Assembly: GCA_964514335.1 (NCBI GenBank)
Contig: CAZEQN010000001.1
Coordinates: 1-34,084, forward strand
Length of the DNA stretch: 34,084 nucleotides
Reading direction: 5' to 3'
From: an uncultured Anaerolineaceae bacterium
Lineage (GTDB): Bacteria; Chloroflexota; Anaerolineae; Anaerolineales; UBA11579
The notes beneath the pieces are model-generated. The model was not told the origin of the DNA. It did no database searches and saw only the letters and a list, made by a program, of their open reading frames with translations. A program made the position numbers and the translations under genes. Shown piece by piece: positions 1 through 10,133 of the stretch. Positions within the stretch are counted from its first letter, which is position 1. Each line of letters begins with the position of its first letter.

Positions 1-1
1 G

Positions 2-598
2 CGGCTGGGCGTGGACGTGTGGGAAGTGATTGACGCCGCCGCCACCAAGCCCTTTGGCTTCATGAAGTTCACCCCCGGGCCGGGGCTGGGCGGGCATTGC
101 ATCCCGATTGACCCGCTGTATCTCTCGTGGAAACTGAAATCCCTCAATTACACGGCGCGCTTCATTGAGCTGGCCTCCGAAATCAATACCAATATGCCGC
201 GCCACGTCGTCAGCCGGGTGCAGGATTTGCTAAACACCCAGAGCAAGTCGCTCAAGGGCAGCAAGGTGCTGGTGCTGGGGGCGGCCTACAAGCCGGATAT
301 TGACGATATGCGCGAATCGCCGGCGCTGGATGTCATCGCCCTGCTGCGCGAAAAAGGCTCACAGGTGGACTACCACGACCCGCATGTGCCCCACATCCAC
401 CATGAGTTTGACGGCTGGGAAATGGACAGCGTGCCCGACCTGCTGAAAGCGGTGGCGGCGGCCGATATCGTGGTGGTCGTGACCAACCACAAAGCCTACG
501 ACTACGATGCGATTCTCGCCAAAGCCAACCTGATTTTCGATGCCCGCAACGCCTACGGCAAGCTGGCGCCGGACAACCCGAAGGTCGCACGGCTGTAA
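2..598 (+). CDS. Nucleotide-sugar dehydrogenase, C-terminal part (UDP-glucose/GDP-mannose dehydrogenase family, TviB/WbpO/Cap5O-like). The 5' end lies outside the window.
   Basis: The open frame runs from the window edge. It has the catalytic-Cys motif GGHCIPIDPLYLSWK, and a C-terminal UDP-binding-domain-like sequence follows (KVLVLGAAYKPDIDDMRESPA). Confidence 0.85.
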   Translation, partial: RLGVDVWEVIDAAATKPFGFMKFTPGPGLGGHCIPIDPLYLSWKLKSLNYTARFIELASEINTNMPRHVVSRVQDLLNTQSKSLKGSKVLVLGAAYKPDIDDMRESPALDVIALLREKGSQVDYHDPHVPHIHHEFDGWEMDSVPDLLKAVAAADIVVVVTNHKAYDYDAILAKANLIFDARNAYGKLAPDNPKVARL

Positions 599-1572
599 TG
601 GCGCGTTACCTGCTGGCCGGGGCGGCTGGCTTCATCGCCGCTCGCACGGCCGAACTGCTGCTGGCGGATGGGCATGAAGTGGTGGGGGTGGATAATATCA
701 GCCCCGCCTATGACGTGCGCATGAAGGAATACCGCCTGGAGCGGCTGCGCCAGCAGGCCGGGTTTTCGTTTCTGCAACTGGACATCGCTGAAAAAGAATG
801 CATCCCGGCCCTGGCCGAACACGGGCCGTACGACGCCGTCATCAATCTGGCAGCGCGCGCCGGGGTACGCGCCAGTCTGGAAGACCCGTGGGAATACCTG
901 AACACCAACACCACCGGCACGCTCAACCTGCTGGAACTGTGCCGCCATCACGAGATTAAGAAATTTGTGCTGGCCTCCACCAGCAGCATCTACGGCGCAG
1001 ATGCGCCTCTGCCCACCCCTGAAACCGCCGAGAGCAGCCAACCGTTGCAGGCCTATGCCGCCAGCAAAAAGGGCGCCGAGGCCCTGTGCCACGCCTACCA
1101 TTACCTGTTTGGCATTGATGTGACCGTGGTGCGCTACTTTACGGTCTATGGCCCGGCCGGGCGACCGGATATGAGCATGTTCCGCTTTGCCAAATGGATT
1201 GCCGAGGGCGAACCGGTGCTGGTGAACGGGGATGGCGAGCAGTCGCGCGGCTTTACCTATGTGGATGACATCGCCCGCGGCACGATTCTGGCTTTGAAGC
1301 CAGTGGGCTACGAAATCGTCAATCTGGGCGGGCATGAGCAGATTACGATTAATGGGCTGATTGCCCTGCTGGAACAGGAACTGGGCCAGCGGGCGCAGGT
1401 CGAGTACGGCCCCTTCCACAAGGCCGATATGCTCGCCAACTGGGCGGATGTCAGCAAGGCAGGAAAACTGCTGGGCTGGGAAGCGCAGGTGCCGCTGGCC
1501 GAAGGCGTGCGGCGGCTGGTGACCTGGTATCGCGAGAACCGCGCATGGGCGAAAGACATCCTCACGGATTGA
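598..1572 (+). CDS. NAD-dependent sugar-nucleotide epimerase of the SDR family (UDP-glucuronate/UDP-GlcNAcA 4-epimerase-like)
   Basis: It has an N-terminal Rossmann motif (GAAGFIA), a YAASK catalytic motif (YxxxK), and is 324 aa long. Its ATG overlaps the upstream TAA (TAATG). Confidence 0.85.
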   Translation: MARYLLAGAAGFIAARTAELLLADGHEVVGVDNISPAYDVRMKEYRLERLRQQAGFSFLQLDIAEKECIPALAEHGPYDAVINLAARAGVRASLEDPWEYLNTNTTGTLNLLELCRHHEIKKFVLASTSSIYGADAPLPTPETAESSQPLQAYAASKKGAEALCHAYHYLFGIDVTVVRYFTVYGPAGRPDMSMFRFAKWIAEGEPVLVNGDGEQSRGFTYVDDIARGTILALKPVGYEIVNLGGHEQITINGLIALLEQELGQRAQVEYGPFHKADMLANWADVSKAGKLLGWEAQVPLAEGVRRLVTWYRENRAWAKDILTD

Positions 1573-1602
1573 GCCGCACGTCTCAATGAACAGACTGGAA
1601 TC

Positions 1603-2961
1603 TTGCTGATGCTCGCCCGCCTGCGCGCCCTCTACCACCGTATTTTTGAGACGGAAATCCTGCGCCGGATTGTGCGCAATTCTTCGTATCTGGTGAGCGC
1701 CACGGTATTTGCGGCGGCGCTGGGCATGGTTCAGAACATCTTTCAATTCCGGGTGCTGGGGCCAGCCGGGGTGGGTTTGCTGGGGGCGCTGGCGACCTTT
1801 ACCAATGTCCTCAACCGCCTGACCGCTTTCCGGATTGATGAACTGGTGGTGCGTTATGTGCGGCTGTACCAGGAGCGCGGCGAATCCCAGAAGGCCGCCG
1901 CGGTCTACAAACTGGCGGCCGGGTTGGAGGCCCTTGGTGGGCTGGCGGCCTTTGGGCTGATCCTCGCGCTGGCTCCGCTGGGGGTGGAGTTGTTCTCTGA
2001 CCAGCCCGGCACCGAAATGTGGTTCATCCTGTACGGCTCGCTGGTGCTGATTAACATCGTCTTTGACAGCTCGGATGGCATTTTGCAGGTCTTTGACCGC
2101 TTTAACGCCAAGGCCGTGATTGATGGCGCCCAAAGCGTGGTGCGGCTGGGCGGCACGCTGCTGGTGTTCTTTGGCGGCGGCGGGCTGGTTGAAATCATTC
2201 TGGCTGAACTGGCCGGGCGGCTGGTGCGCTCGGCGGCGATGGTGATGCTGGCCCTGCGTACAGCCCGCGAGAAATGGGGCGCGGGCTGGTGGCGCACGCC
2301 GCTGGGGGTGTTGCAGGAGGACCGCCGCAGTTTGCTGACCTTCGCCTTCAGTACCAATTTAAGCGCCACCGTCAGTCTGGTGGCCAAAGACAGCGAAGAC
2401 CTGTGGGTCAATGGCTTTCTGGGCAACACCGTTGGCGGGTTTTACAACGCCGCCCGCAGCCTGATTGGCCTGCTGCAAATCCCCATCAGCCCGCTGGCGA
2501 GCACCACCTACCCGGAATTGGCGCGTTCGGTGGCCCAAAAAGACTGGGCCAGCGTGCGGCACGTCTTGCGACGCGGCTCGTTCATGGCCTCACTGTATTC
2601 CGTTCCGGTTACGGTGGGTCTGATGTTATTCGGCGAAACGGTCATCACGCTCTACGCCGGGGCCGATTACCTGCCCGCCTATGCCCCGCTGGTCGTACTG
2701 CTGATTGGCTATCTGTTTGTGAATATCTTCTACTGGAATCGGGTTGCCCTGCTGGCCTTTAACCGGCCGGTGTACCCCACGCTGGTCAATGTGGTTGGGA
2801 TGGTCCTGAAAGTCATTGGCGTGTTCGTCATCGGTGAGCGCTATGGGGCGGCCGGCTTTGCCGCCCTGCTCTCCGGCTATTACATCTTTACCATTGGGCT
2901 GGCCGTCCTGCGGGTGCGGGCCGATTTGCGCAATAAACTGGCGGCGGACGAGGCGGCATGA
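1603..2961 (+). CDS. Polysaccharide flippase, MOP/Wzx-like polytopic membrane protein
   Basis: It is 452 aa and hydrophobic throughout, with many predicted TM segments. It sits inside a glycan locus. The start is either TTG at 1603 or ATG at 1609. Confidence 0.65.
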   Translation: MLMLARLRALYHRIFETEILRRIVRNSSYLVSATVFAAALGMVQNIFQFRVLGPAGVGLLGALATFTNVLNRLTAFRIDELVVRYVRLYQERGESQKAAAVYKLAAGLEALGGLAAFGLILALAPLGVELFSDQPGTEMWFILYGSLVLINIVFDSSDGILQVFDRFNAKAVIDGAQSVVRLGGTLLVFFGGGGLVEIILAELAGRLVRSAAMVMLALRTAREKWGAGWWRTPLGVLQEDRRSLLTFAFSTNLSATVSLVAKDSEDLWVNGFLGNTVGGFYNAARSLIGLLQIPISPLASTTYPELARSVAQKDWASVRHVLRRGSFMASLYSVPVTVGLMLFGETVITLYAGADYLPAYAPLVVLLIGYLFVNIFYWNRVALLAFNRPVYPTLVNVVGMVLKVIGVFVIGERYGAAGFAALLSGYYIFTIGLAVLRVRADLRNKLAADEAA

Positions 2962-4067
2962 AAATCTGCCTGATTGCGCCTTCGGCCATCCCGGCCCGTA
3001 CCGCCAACAGCATCCAGACGATGAAAATGGCCCAGGCCTTTACCGGGCTGGGGCACGAGGTACGCCTGCTGGCCCCGGGGGCTGCGCCCGGCCTGAAGTG
3101 GGAAGAACTGGCGCGCCATTATGGCCTGACCACCGCGTTTGAAATCGCCTGGCTGGATGGCCCGCGGCTGCGCGGCTATGGCTACGCCGCTACGGCGGTA
3201 CGGCATGCCCGCCGCTGGGGGGCGCACATGGTCTTCACCCGCCAGCCCCAGGCGGCCGCGCTGGCAGCGCGCCGTCTGCCCACCGTGCTGGAAATGCACG
3301 ACCGGCCGCAGGGCGCGCTGGGGCCGCTGTTATTTGCCCTGTTTATGCGCGGCCGCTATGCCGACCGGCTGGTGTGCATCAGTCAGGCGCTGGCACATGA
3401 TTTGAGTCGCGAATTCAACTTTCCATTGGAGCCGGGCTTCACCCTGATTGCGCCGGACGGCGTGGACCTGGCGCGCTACGCGGATTTGCCCGAACCGGAA
3501 ACAGCGCGCGCCGCGCTGGCCCTGCCGCAGACCTTCACCGCCGGCTACACCGGCCACCTGTACGATGGGCGCGGGGCGGAACTGATACTGGAGGTGGCGC
3601 AGCGCGCCCCGGAAATCAACTTCCTGCTGGTGGGCGGTGAGCCGGGGGATGTGCGCCGGGTGCGGGCGCTGGCCGCCAACCTGCCGAATGTGCGCCTGGC
3701 GGGCTTTGTGCCCAATGCGGACCTGCCGCGCTACCAGGCCGCCTGCGATGTGCTGCTGATGCCCTACCAGCCGCGGGTGGCGGCTTCTTCCGGAGGGGAT
3801 ATCGGCCGCTACTTAAGCCCGATGAAAATGTTTGAGTACCTCGCCTGTGGGCGGCCGGTGCTGGCCTCGGCCTTGCCGGTATTGCAGGAAGTGTTGAACG
3901 AAACGAATGCCATCTTGCTGCCGCCGGAGAACCCGCAGCCGTGGGCGGATACTTTGCGCATGCTGGCGAAAAACCCAGCCCAGCGCATGGCGCTGGGGGC
4001 GGCGGGGCGTGCCACCGCCGAACAGCACACCTGGGAGGCTCGCGCCCGGCAAGTGGTGGAGGGGTAA
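2958..4067 (+). CDS. Glycosyltransferase family 4 (GT-B fold)
   Basis: The N-terminus (MKICLIAPSAIPARTANSIQ...) and the C-terminal E-x7-E-like region (SPMKMFEYLACGRPVLAS) are typical of GT4. An ATGA overlap joins it to the upstream gene. Confidence 0.85.
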   Translation: MKICLIAPSAIPARTANSIQTMKMAQAFTGLGHEVRLLAPGAAPGLKWEELARHYGLTTAFEIAWLDGPRLRGYGYAATAVRHARRWGAHMVFTRQPQAAALAARRLPTVLEMHDRPQGALGPLLFALFMRGRYADRLVCISQALAHDLSREFNFPLEPGFTLIAPDGVDLARYADLPEPETARAALALPQTFTAGYTGHLYDGRGAELILEVAQRAPEINFLLVGGEPGDVRRVRALAANLPNVRLAGFVPNADLPRYQAACDVLLMPYQPRVAASSGGDIGRYLSPMKMFEYLACGRPVLASALPVLQEVLNETNAILLPPENPQPWADTLRMLAKNPAQRMALGAAGRATAEQHTWEARARQVVEG

Positions 4068-4096
4068 TGGCGTGTACAGCCACAGCGGGCTAATCT

Positions 4097-4197
4097 GTCA
4101 TTGCGAGGAGGACGAAGTCCGACGAAGCAATCTTTCCTGCCAGACTACAGATTGCTTCGCTGGCAAATGCCTCTGGCATTTGACCGCTCGCAATGAC
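4097..4197. repeat. REP-like nested palindromic intergenic element
   Basis: The outer arms are GTCATTGCGAG (4097-4107) and CTCGCAATGAC (4187-4197). The inner arms are CGAAGCAATCT (4123-4133) and AGATTGCTTCG (4149-4159). There is also a GGCAAATGCC...GGCATTTG hairpin. Its spurious translation (...TARNDK) is typical of a widespread junk-repeat class. Confidence 0.6.
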
Positions 4198-4268
4198 AAA
4201 CCTATTTTCTTTTAGCAACTTCCACGCGGCCGAGACCACACGCGGGCATTGTATAATCCGGCTGTTAA

Positions 4269-5264
<996 letters not shown>

Positions 5265-5340
5265 GCAGACCGCTTAACCCTCCGCATGGTAGAATCACGC
5301 CGCTTTTGGCGCTGGAATTCTCAACTCTGAAGGACTGCCG

Positions 5341-7416
5341 ATGTACTGGTATCGCGATGAAAATCCGTTAAGTTTGCTGCCCTGGCTGGGCGTGCTGCTG
5401 CTGTGGTGGGGCGGCGGCTGGCTGCTGGCAACCCACCTCTTCCGGCTGAAACCCCGCGAGCGGCTGGTGGTGGGCTTCGGGCTGGGGCTGGTGCTCTACC
5501 TGTGGGCCACCAACCTGCTGGCGCACGGACTGCCGCCGATGCTGGCGTTTTCGCTTTCCGGCCTGCTGGTACTGCTGGCCGGCCTGTTAGCAGCCTGGCG
5601 CAGCGGCGAACGCTGGCTGGACCTGGCCGACCTCAAGGTCTGGCCCTGGCTGGCGGCCGGGCTGGCGCTGACCTATTTCTTCCTGCTGACCGGCAAAGGT
5701 CTGGCGATTTTTGACGAGCACAAAAACCTCTCGCTGATTTCCATTATGGCGGGCGGGGACATCCCGCCGCGTTTCTATCTGGAATACCCGCTGAAACATA
5801 TCTACCATTATGGTTTTCAACTGCTGGGCGCCAGCCTGATGCGCCTGGGCGGGATGATGCCGTGGAGCGCCTTTGACCTTGGCAAGGCCATCGTGTGGGC
5901 GCTGGCCCTGTTGCTGGCCGGGCTGGTAGGGCGGCGCTATATCAAGAGTACCCGCGGGGCCTTGCTGGCGGCGGCCGTGCTGGCCTTTGCCAGCGGCACG
6001 CGCTACCTGTTGCTGCTGTTGCCGCCCGGCCTGCTCTTGCGAGCAGATGCAGTCGTAAAACTCACCGGCACGAGCGCCTTCGTCAACCTGCCGTTTTCGC
6101 AAGCCCTGCTGACCGGCTGGACGATTGACGGCGGCCCACCCTCGGCCTATATTTTCGCGTTCCTGAATGGCATCTATGACCCGCTGGTGATGTCGCATCA
6201 GGGGGCGCAGGCCACTTCGCTTTCGATTTTTCTGTTAATGTGGCTCACCGCCACCCGCATCCGGCATCGATTTGCGCCGCTGCTGCTGGCGGTGGTATAT
6301 GCCATGTGGGCGCTGGTGTGGGAGACCACTTACGGCCTGGTGTGGCTGGCGACCTTTGGGCTGGCGGCGCTTTTATACTGGCGGCAGCGTGAGGCCCTGA
6401 CCCCCGTTTTTCGCCAGCATTTGCTGGCCCTGGCGCTCTCCGTGCCGATTGCGCTGACGCAGGGCGGCACGCTGACCGAACTGGCGCGTAAGGTAATTTT
6501 CGGATTCGAAGACGGCGGAGTGGAAGCCCGGTTGCACTGGCTGCAGGCAGTCGGCAGCGGCGTAGCCGGATGGCTGCTGGCCTGGCTGCCCCCGCTGGCC
6601 CCGGCCGGGGTTGGGCCGAGCATCCTCGGCTTTTCGCTGCAATGGCCGCCGGCGATTCTCTCGGCCCATTTTGAGCCGTTGAGTCTGTTCTCCCCATTTC
6701 AGCTTATGGTCGGCCTGTTTGAACTGGGGCCGGTGATTCTGTTTACGCCCTGGCTCACGGCCTGGGCCTGGCGGCGCACCAGGGCCGGCGATTGGCCGCT
6801 GGGCGTGGTGGCCTTGAGTTCGTGGATTGGCTTTGCCCTGCCGATTTTCCTTCAGTATGAAGCGGGGCGCGACATCTCGCGCCTGACCTGGCAGGCGCTG
6901 GTGGCCTGGGGGCTGATGCTGGCGCTGGGCAGCCGGGATGTACACTGGCCGGCGACCTTGCGGCGGGCGGGGGCGGTAAGCCTGGCGTTGATGATGTTCG
7001 GCGGGCTGATGCTGGCCGGGATTCAACTGACGGCGGTTTCAACCACCCAACTGGCACACCGCTATACTGAACTGGATGCCCAACTGGCCAGCGAAATCTG
7101 GGATACCCTGCCCTACAACGCCCGCATCTTCGGCAACCCGGGCAATGCCACCGTGCTGACCGGGCGGCTGGCCGAGCAACTGCTGGATGAGCCGGTCACG
7201 CGGCGCTGGCAAAGTCTGCTGACCGACTTGAATCTGGATGTGCTGGTGGATTATGGCTTCGAATTTGTGCTGGTGAGCAACCGCTGGCCGAGCGATACCA
7301 TGCTGGATCAGATTGCTGCCCTGGAAGCCCAGCCCTGCGTAGTGCTGATGACCGAAGTGTGGGACACCAGCCGCGTAAACTTCCGCAAACTGTATGACAT
7401 CCGGGGTTGTGATTAA
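5341..7416 (+). CDS. Large polytopic membrane protein with a C-terminal soluble domain. Possibly a GT-C-type glycosyltransferase or polymerase; function unproven.
   Basis: It is 691 aa. The first ~570 aa are hydrophobic with more than 10 TM-like segments, followed by a ~120-aa hydrophilic tail. An acidic loop (FDEHKN) follows the early TM segments. AAGGA lies upstream, and an extended -10 (TGgTAGAAT) is at 5287-5295. Confidence 0.45.
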   Translation: MYWYRDENPLSLLPWLGVLLLWWGGGWLLATHLFRLKPRERLVVGFGLGLVLYLWATNLLAHGLPPMLAFSLSGLLVLLAGLLAAWRSGERWLDLADLKVWPWLAAGLALTYFFLLTGKGLAIFDEHKNLSLISIMAGGDIPPRFYLEYPLKHIYHYGFQLLGASLMRLGGMMPWSAFDLGKAIVWALALLLAGLVGRRYIKSTRGALLAAAVLAFASGTRYLLLLLPPGLLLRADAVVKLTGTSAFVNLPFSQALLTGWTIDGGPPSAYIFAFLNGIYDPLVMSHQGAQATSLSIFLLMWLTATRIRHRFAPLLLAVVYAMWALVWETTYGLVWLATFGLAALLYWRQREALTPVFRQHLLALALSVPIALTQGGTLTELARKVIFGFEDGGVEARLHWLQAVGSGVAGWLLAWLPPLAPAGVGPSILGFSLQWPPAILSAHFEPLSLFSPFQLMVGLFELGPVILFTPWLTAWAWRRTRAGDWPLGVVALSSWIGFALPIFLQYEAGRDISRLTWQALVAWGLMLALGSRDVHWPATLRRAGAVSLALMMFGGLMLAGIQLTAVSTTQLAHRYTELDAQLASEIWDTLPYNARIFGNPGNATVLTGRLAEQLLDEPVTRRWQSLLTDLNLDVLVDYGFEFVLVSNRWPSDTMLDQIAALEAQPCVVLMTEVWDTSRVNFRKLYDIRGCD

Positions 7417-8447
7417 TGGCTACTCAAAAGGACATTATGCGCCCCAACGCAATTCCGACGCCGGCGGTCGATTCACCGGTACAGGTCTCGGTCGTCATCC
7501 CGGTTTATAACGAACTGAAGAGCGTGCCGCTGCTACACAAGGCCTTGCATGAAGCCCTGGATGATTACCCCACCACCTGGGAAGTGGTGTTCGTGGATGA
7601 TGGCAGCCGGGATGGCAGTTTGCAAGCCCTGGAAATCCTGGCCGGGGGCGACCCGCAGCACACCCGCGTGGTGGCGTTGCGGCGCAACTTCGGCCAGACG
7701 GCCGCCATTTCGGCCGGGATTGATTACGCCCGCGGCGACATCATCGTGCTGATGGACAGCGACCTGCAGAATGACCCGGCCGACATCCCGATGCTGTTGG
7801 ACAAGATTAACGAGGGTTATGACCTCGTGAGCGGCTGGCGCAAGGACCGGCAGGATGCGTTTTTCACCCGCACCTTCCCCTCGCGCATCGCCAACTGGAT
7901 TATCTCCAAAGTGACTGGCGTCGGCCTGCATGACTATGGCTGCACCCTCAAGGCCTACCGCCGCGAAGTGCTGACCGGCTTCCGGCTGTATGGCGAGATG
8001 CACCGCTTCATCCCGGCCTATGCCGGCTATGTCGGCGCCAAAATCACCGAAGTGGTGGTGCGCCACCACCCGCGCAAATTTGGCAAAACCAATTACGGCC
8101 TGAACCGCACGGTCAAGGTCGTGCTGGACCTCTTCACGGTCAAGTTTTTAAGCGGCTATGTCAACAAACCGATTTACCTGTTCGGCGGCTTTGGCCTGGG
8201 GCTGATTGGCATCTCCGGCAGCGGCTTCCTGTACCTGCTCTATCGCAAGTTCGTCTTTCTGGCCGAAACCACGACCTCGCCGATTTTCCTGTTGAGCATC
8301 ATGCTCACAGTGCTGGGAGTGCAATCGATTCTGCTGGGGCTGATTGCCGAAATTGTCGTGCGCACTTACCATGAGTCGCAGTCCAAACCAATTTACACCG
8401 TGCGCTTTGTGATTCAGGGCGACGACCCCAGCGAGCCGCATGCCTGA
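7416..8447 (+). CDS. Glycosyltransferase family 2, polyprenyl-phosphate sugar synthase type (GtrB/DPM1/ArnC-like)
   Basis: It has VSVVIPVYNE, DDGSRDGS and a DSD (DxD) motif. Two C-terminal TM helices give the typical GtrB architecture. A TAATG overlap joins it to the upstream gene. Confidence 0.85.
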   Translation: MATQKDIMRPNAIPTPAVDSPVQVSVVIPVYNELKSVPLLHKALHEALDDYPTTWEVVFVDDGSRDGSLQALEILAGGDPQHTRVVALRRNFGQTAAISAGIDYARGDIIVLMDSDLQNDPADIPMLLDKINEGYDLVSGWRKDRQDAFFTRTFPSRIANWIISKVTGVGLHDYGCTLKAYRREVLTGFRLYGEMHRFIPAYAGYVGAKITEVVVRHHPRKFGKTNYGLNRTVKVVLDLFTVKFLSGYVNKPIYLFGGFGLGLIGISGSGFLYLLYRKFVFLAETTTSPIFLLSIMLTVLGVQSILLGLIAEIVVRTYHESQSKPIYTVRFVIQGDDPSEPHA

Positions 8448-9357
8448 AAACCGGACGAAGCCCTCATTCAGCCTCATCCTGCGGGTGGGCGGTACGCTGC
8501 TGGCGCTGGGGCTGATGGGCTGGCTGCTGGTGCGCCAGCAGGCGGACATTCGCCAGGCGGTCAGCGAGATGGATGCGGCCCATTTCTGGGGCGCGTTCGC
8601 GCTCATCATGCTCTCGCGGCTGTTCGTCACCCTGCGCTGGCACGTGCTGGTGCGCGGGGCGGGGGCCGAAATTCCCTTCCCGCATACGCTGCGCCTGACT
8701 TTTGCTGGCTTATTCGCGGCCAATTTTCTGCCCACCACTGTGGGCGGCGACCTGGTGCGGCTGGCGGGCATCATCAGCGCCGGCTATGGCGCGGCGGTTG
8801 GTACGGCCACGCTGGTCATGGACCGGCTGGTGGGCATGGCGGGCATGGCGTTGCTGGCCCCGTTTGGGGCGGCGCACGTGCTGGGTTGGGGGGCCGTGAG
8901 CGCCAGTACGGCGCTGTCCTTCCCGCAGCGGCTGGTCAACCGGGTGCGCAAAGCTCTGCGCCGCCTGCTGGAGATTCTGAAAATGTGGGTTAAACGGCCA
9001 CAGGCCCCGCTGGCCTCGCTGGTGTTTACCTTTGCCCACATGGCCGTGTGGTTCGCCTCGATGGCGATTTTGCTGGATGGCCTGAACGAAGATATGCCCT
9101 ATTTCCTGATTGCCAGCCTGTGGAGTCTGGTGTATTTTGTTTCGCAGATTCCCATCTCCATCAATGGGCTGGGCTTGCAGGAACTTTCGATTACCTATAT
9201 CTTTGCCACCTTTGGCGGCATCAGCCCGCACAGCAGCCTGGTGATGGGACTGGTGTTCCGGGTGCTGGTCACGCTTGCCAGCCTGCCGGGGGCGCTGTTC
9301 GTGGGGCAATTGCTACCACAGGCGCGCGCCCAGGCCGATTCCGAAATTCAATCCTAA
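8440..9357 (+). CDS. UPF0104 / lysyl-PG-synthase-TM-like 'flippase-like' membrane protein
   Basis: It is 305 aa and polytopic, with a conserved GGDLVRL-type motif. It overlaps the GT2 stop by 8 nt. This family is commonly paired with GtrB-like GT2 genes. Confidence 0.65.
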   Translation: MPENRTKPSFSLILRVGGTLLALGLMGWLLVRQQADIRQAVSEMDAAHFWGAFALIMLSRLFVTLRWHVLVRGAGAEIPFPHTLRLTFAGLFAANFLPTTVGGDLVRLAGIISAGYGAAVGTATLVMDRLVGMAGMALLAPFGAAHVLGWGAVSASTALSFPQRLVNRVRKALRRLLEILKMWVKRPQAPLASLVFTFAHMAVWFASMAILLDGLNEDMPYFLIASLWSLVYFVSQIPISINGLGLQELSITYIFATFGGISPHSSLVMGLVFRVLVTLASLPGALFVGQLLPQARAQADSEIQS

Positions 9358-9365
9358 AGGATGTT

Positions 9366-10133
9366 ATGAAGCTGAAACCCACGCGCAGTAAATATCTGGA
9401 TGCGGATGCCGCCCCGGTGCGGGCCGGGGAGTACCAAGAAAAAGGCGATTACCACATCCACCTGAACCCCAACTGGCCCTACCTGCCGGTGTATCTGGCC
9501 AAGATGGCCTATGCCCGCGAATTTCTGGCACGGCACGGCGGCGGCCGCAAAATCATAGACCTGGGGGCGGGCGAAGGCGTGCTGGTGAAACGCGGCCGGG
9601 AAGAGTTGGGCCTGGACATGCTGGGGCTGGACATTAATTATCAGTCTGACACGGTAATGCATGGCGACATTCTGGCGCTGGAAGCGGCAGATGCGAGTTA
9701 TGACATTGTGACCTGCCTGGATGTCATTGAGCACATGCATTTTCACCAGCAGGAAATCGCCCTGGCGCAGATGTACCGGATATTGAAGCCCGGCGGCCAG
9801 TTATTGCTCTCGGTACCGAATCTGGCGCATTTCGCCTCGCGCTTTACTTTCTTGTTTCTGGGCAAATTGCTGCGCACCTCCACCATTGACCGCCACATCG
9901 GCGACCGGCCAGCGGGCGAATTCGCCGCCCTCTTGAAAGCGGCTGGCTTTGAAATCCGGCAGCGCAAGGGGATGTTCCCGACCCTGCCCCTGATTTCAGC
10001 CCTGACCTACCTGATGCCGGCGCGGGTTGTCGGGTTGCACCGTTTGTACAATGCCGCCCTGGGCTGGCTGCCGGGCTGGTGCTTTTTGAATGTATTTGAG
10101 GCGGTTAAACCCGCCCACGGAGTGCAACGCTAG
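9366..10133 (+). CDS. Class I SAM-dependent methyltransferase
   Basis: Motif I is IIDLGAGEGVL; the post-I/II region reads DIVTCLDVIEHM and LKPGGQLLLSVPN. I chose the ATG at 9366 (AAAGGA upstream) rather than the in-frame 9048 start, which would overlap the preceding gene. Confidence 0.8.
   Translation: MKLKPTRSKYLDADAAPVRAGEYQEKGDYHIHLNPNWPYLPVYLAKMAYAREFLARHGGGRKIIDLGAGEGVLVKRGREELGLDMLGLDINYQSDTVMHGDILALEAADASYDIVTCLDVIEHMHFHQQEIALAQMYRILKPGGQLLLSVPNLAHFASRFTFLFLGKLLRTSTIDRHIGDRPAGEFAALLKAAGFEIRQRKGMFPTLPLISALTYLMPARVVGLHRLYNAALGWLPGWCFLNVFEAVKPAHGVQR

Noticed and set aside
553-2133. 526-aa ORF on the minus strand
   Set aside because: It is antisense to two well-supported plus-strand genes (the epimerase and the flippase). 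Its Arg/Gly/Pro/Ala/Gln-rich composition is typical of spurious antisense frames in high-G+C DNA, and it has no recognisable motifs.
3907-4215. 102-aa ORF ending ...CFAGKCLWHLTARNDKPIFF
   Set aside because: Its 3' half is simply the translation of the palindromic repeat at 4097-4197. Its 5' half overlaps the GT4 gene out of frame.
9048-9365. N-terminal extensions suggested by the ORF track (9048, 11986, 21633, 26085, 26171, 28007, 28718, 30145, 30279)
   Set aside because: The extensions overlap upstream genes or intergenic repeats and lack family-conserved sequence. In each case an internal start gives a canonical N-terminus for the family, often with a Shine-Dalgarno or a stop-start overlap.
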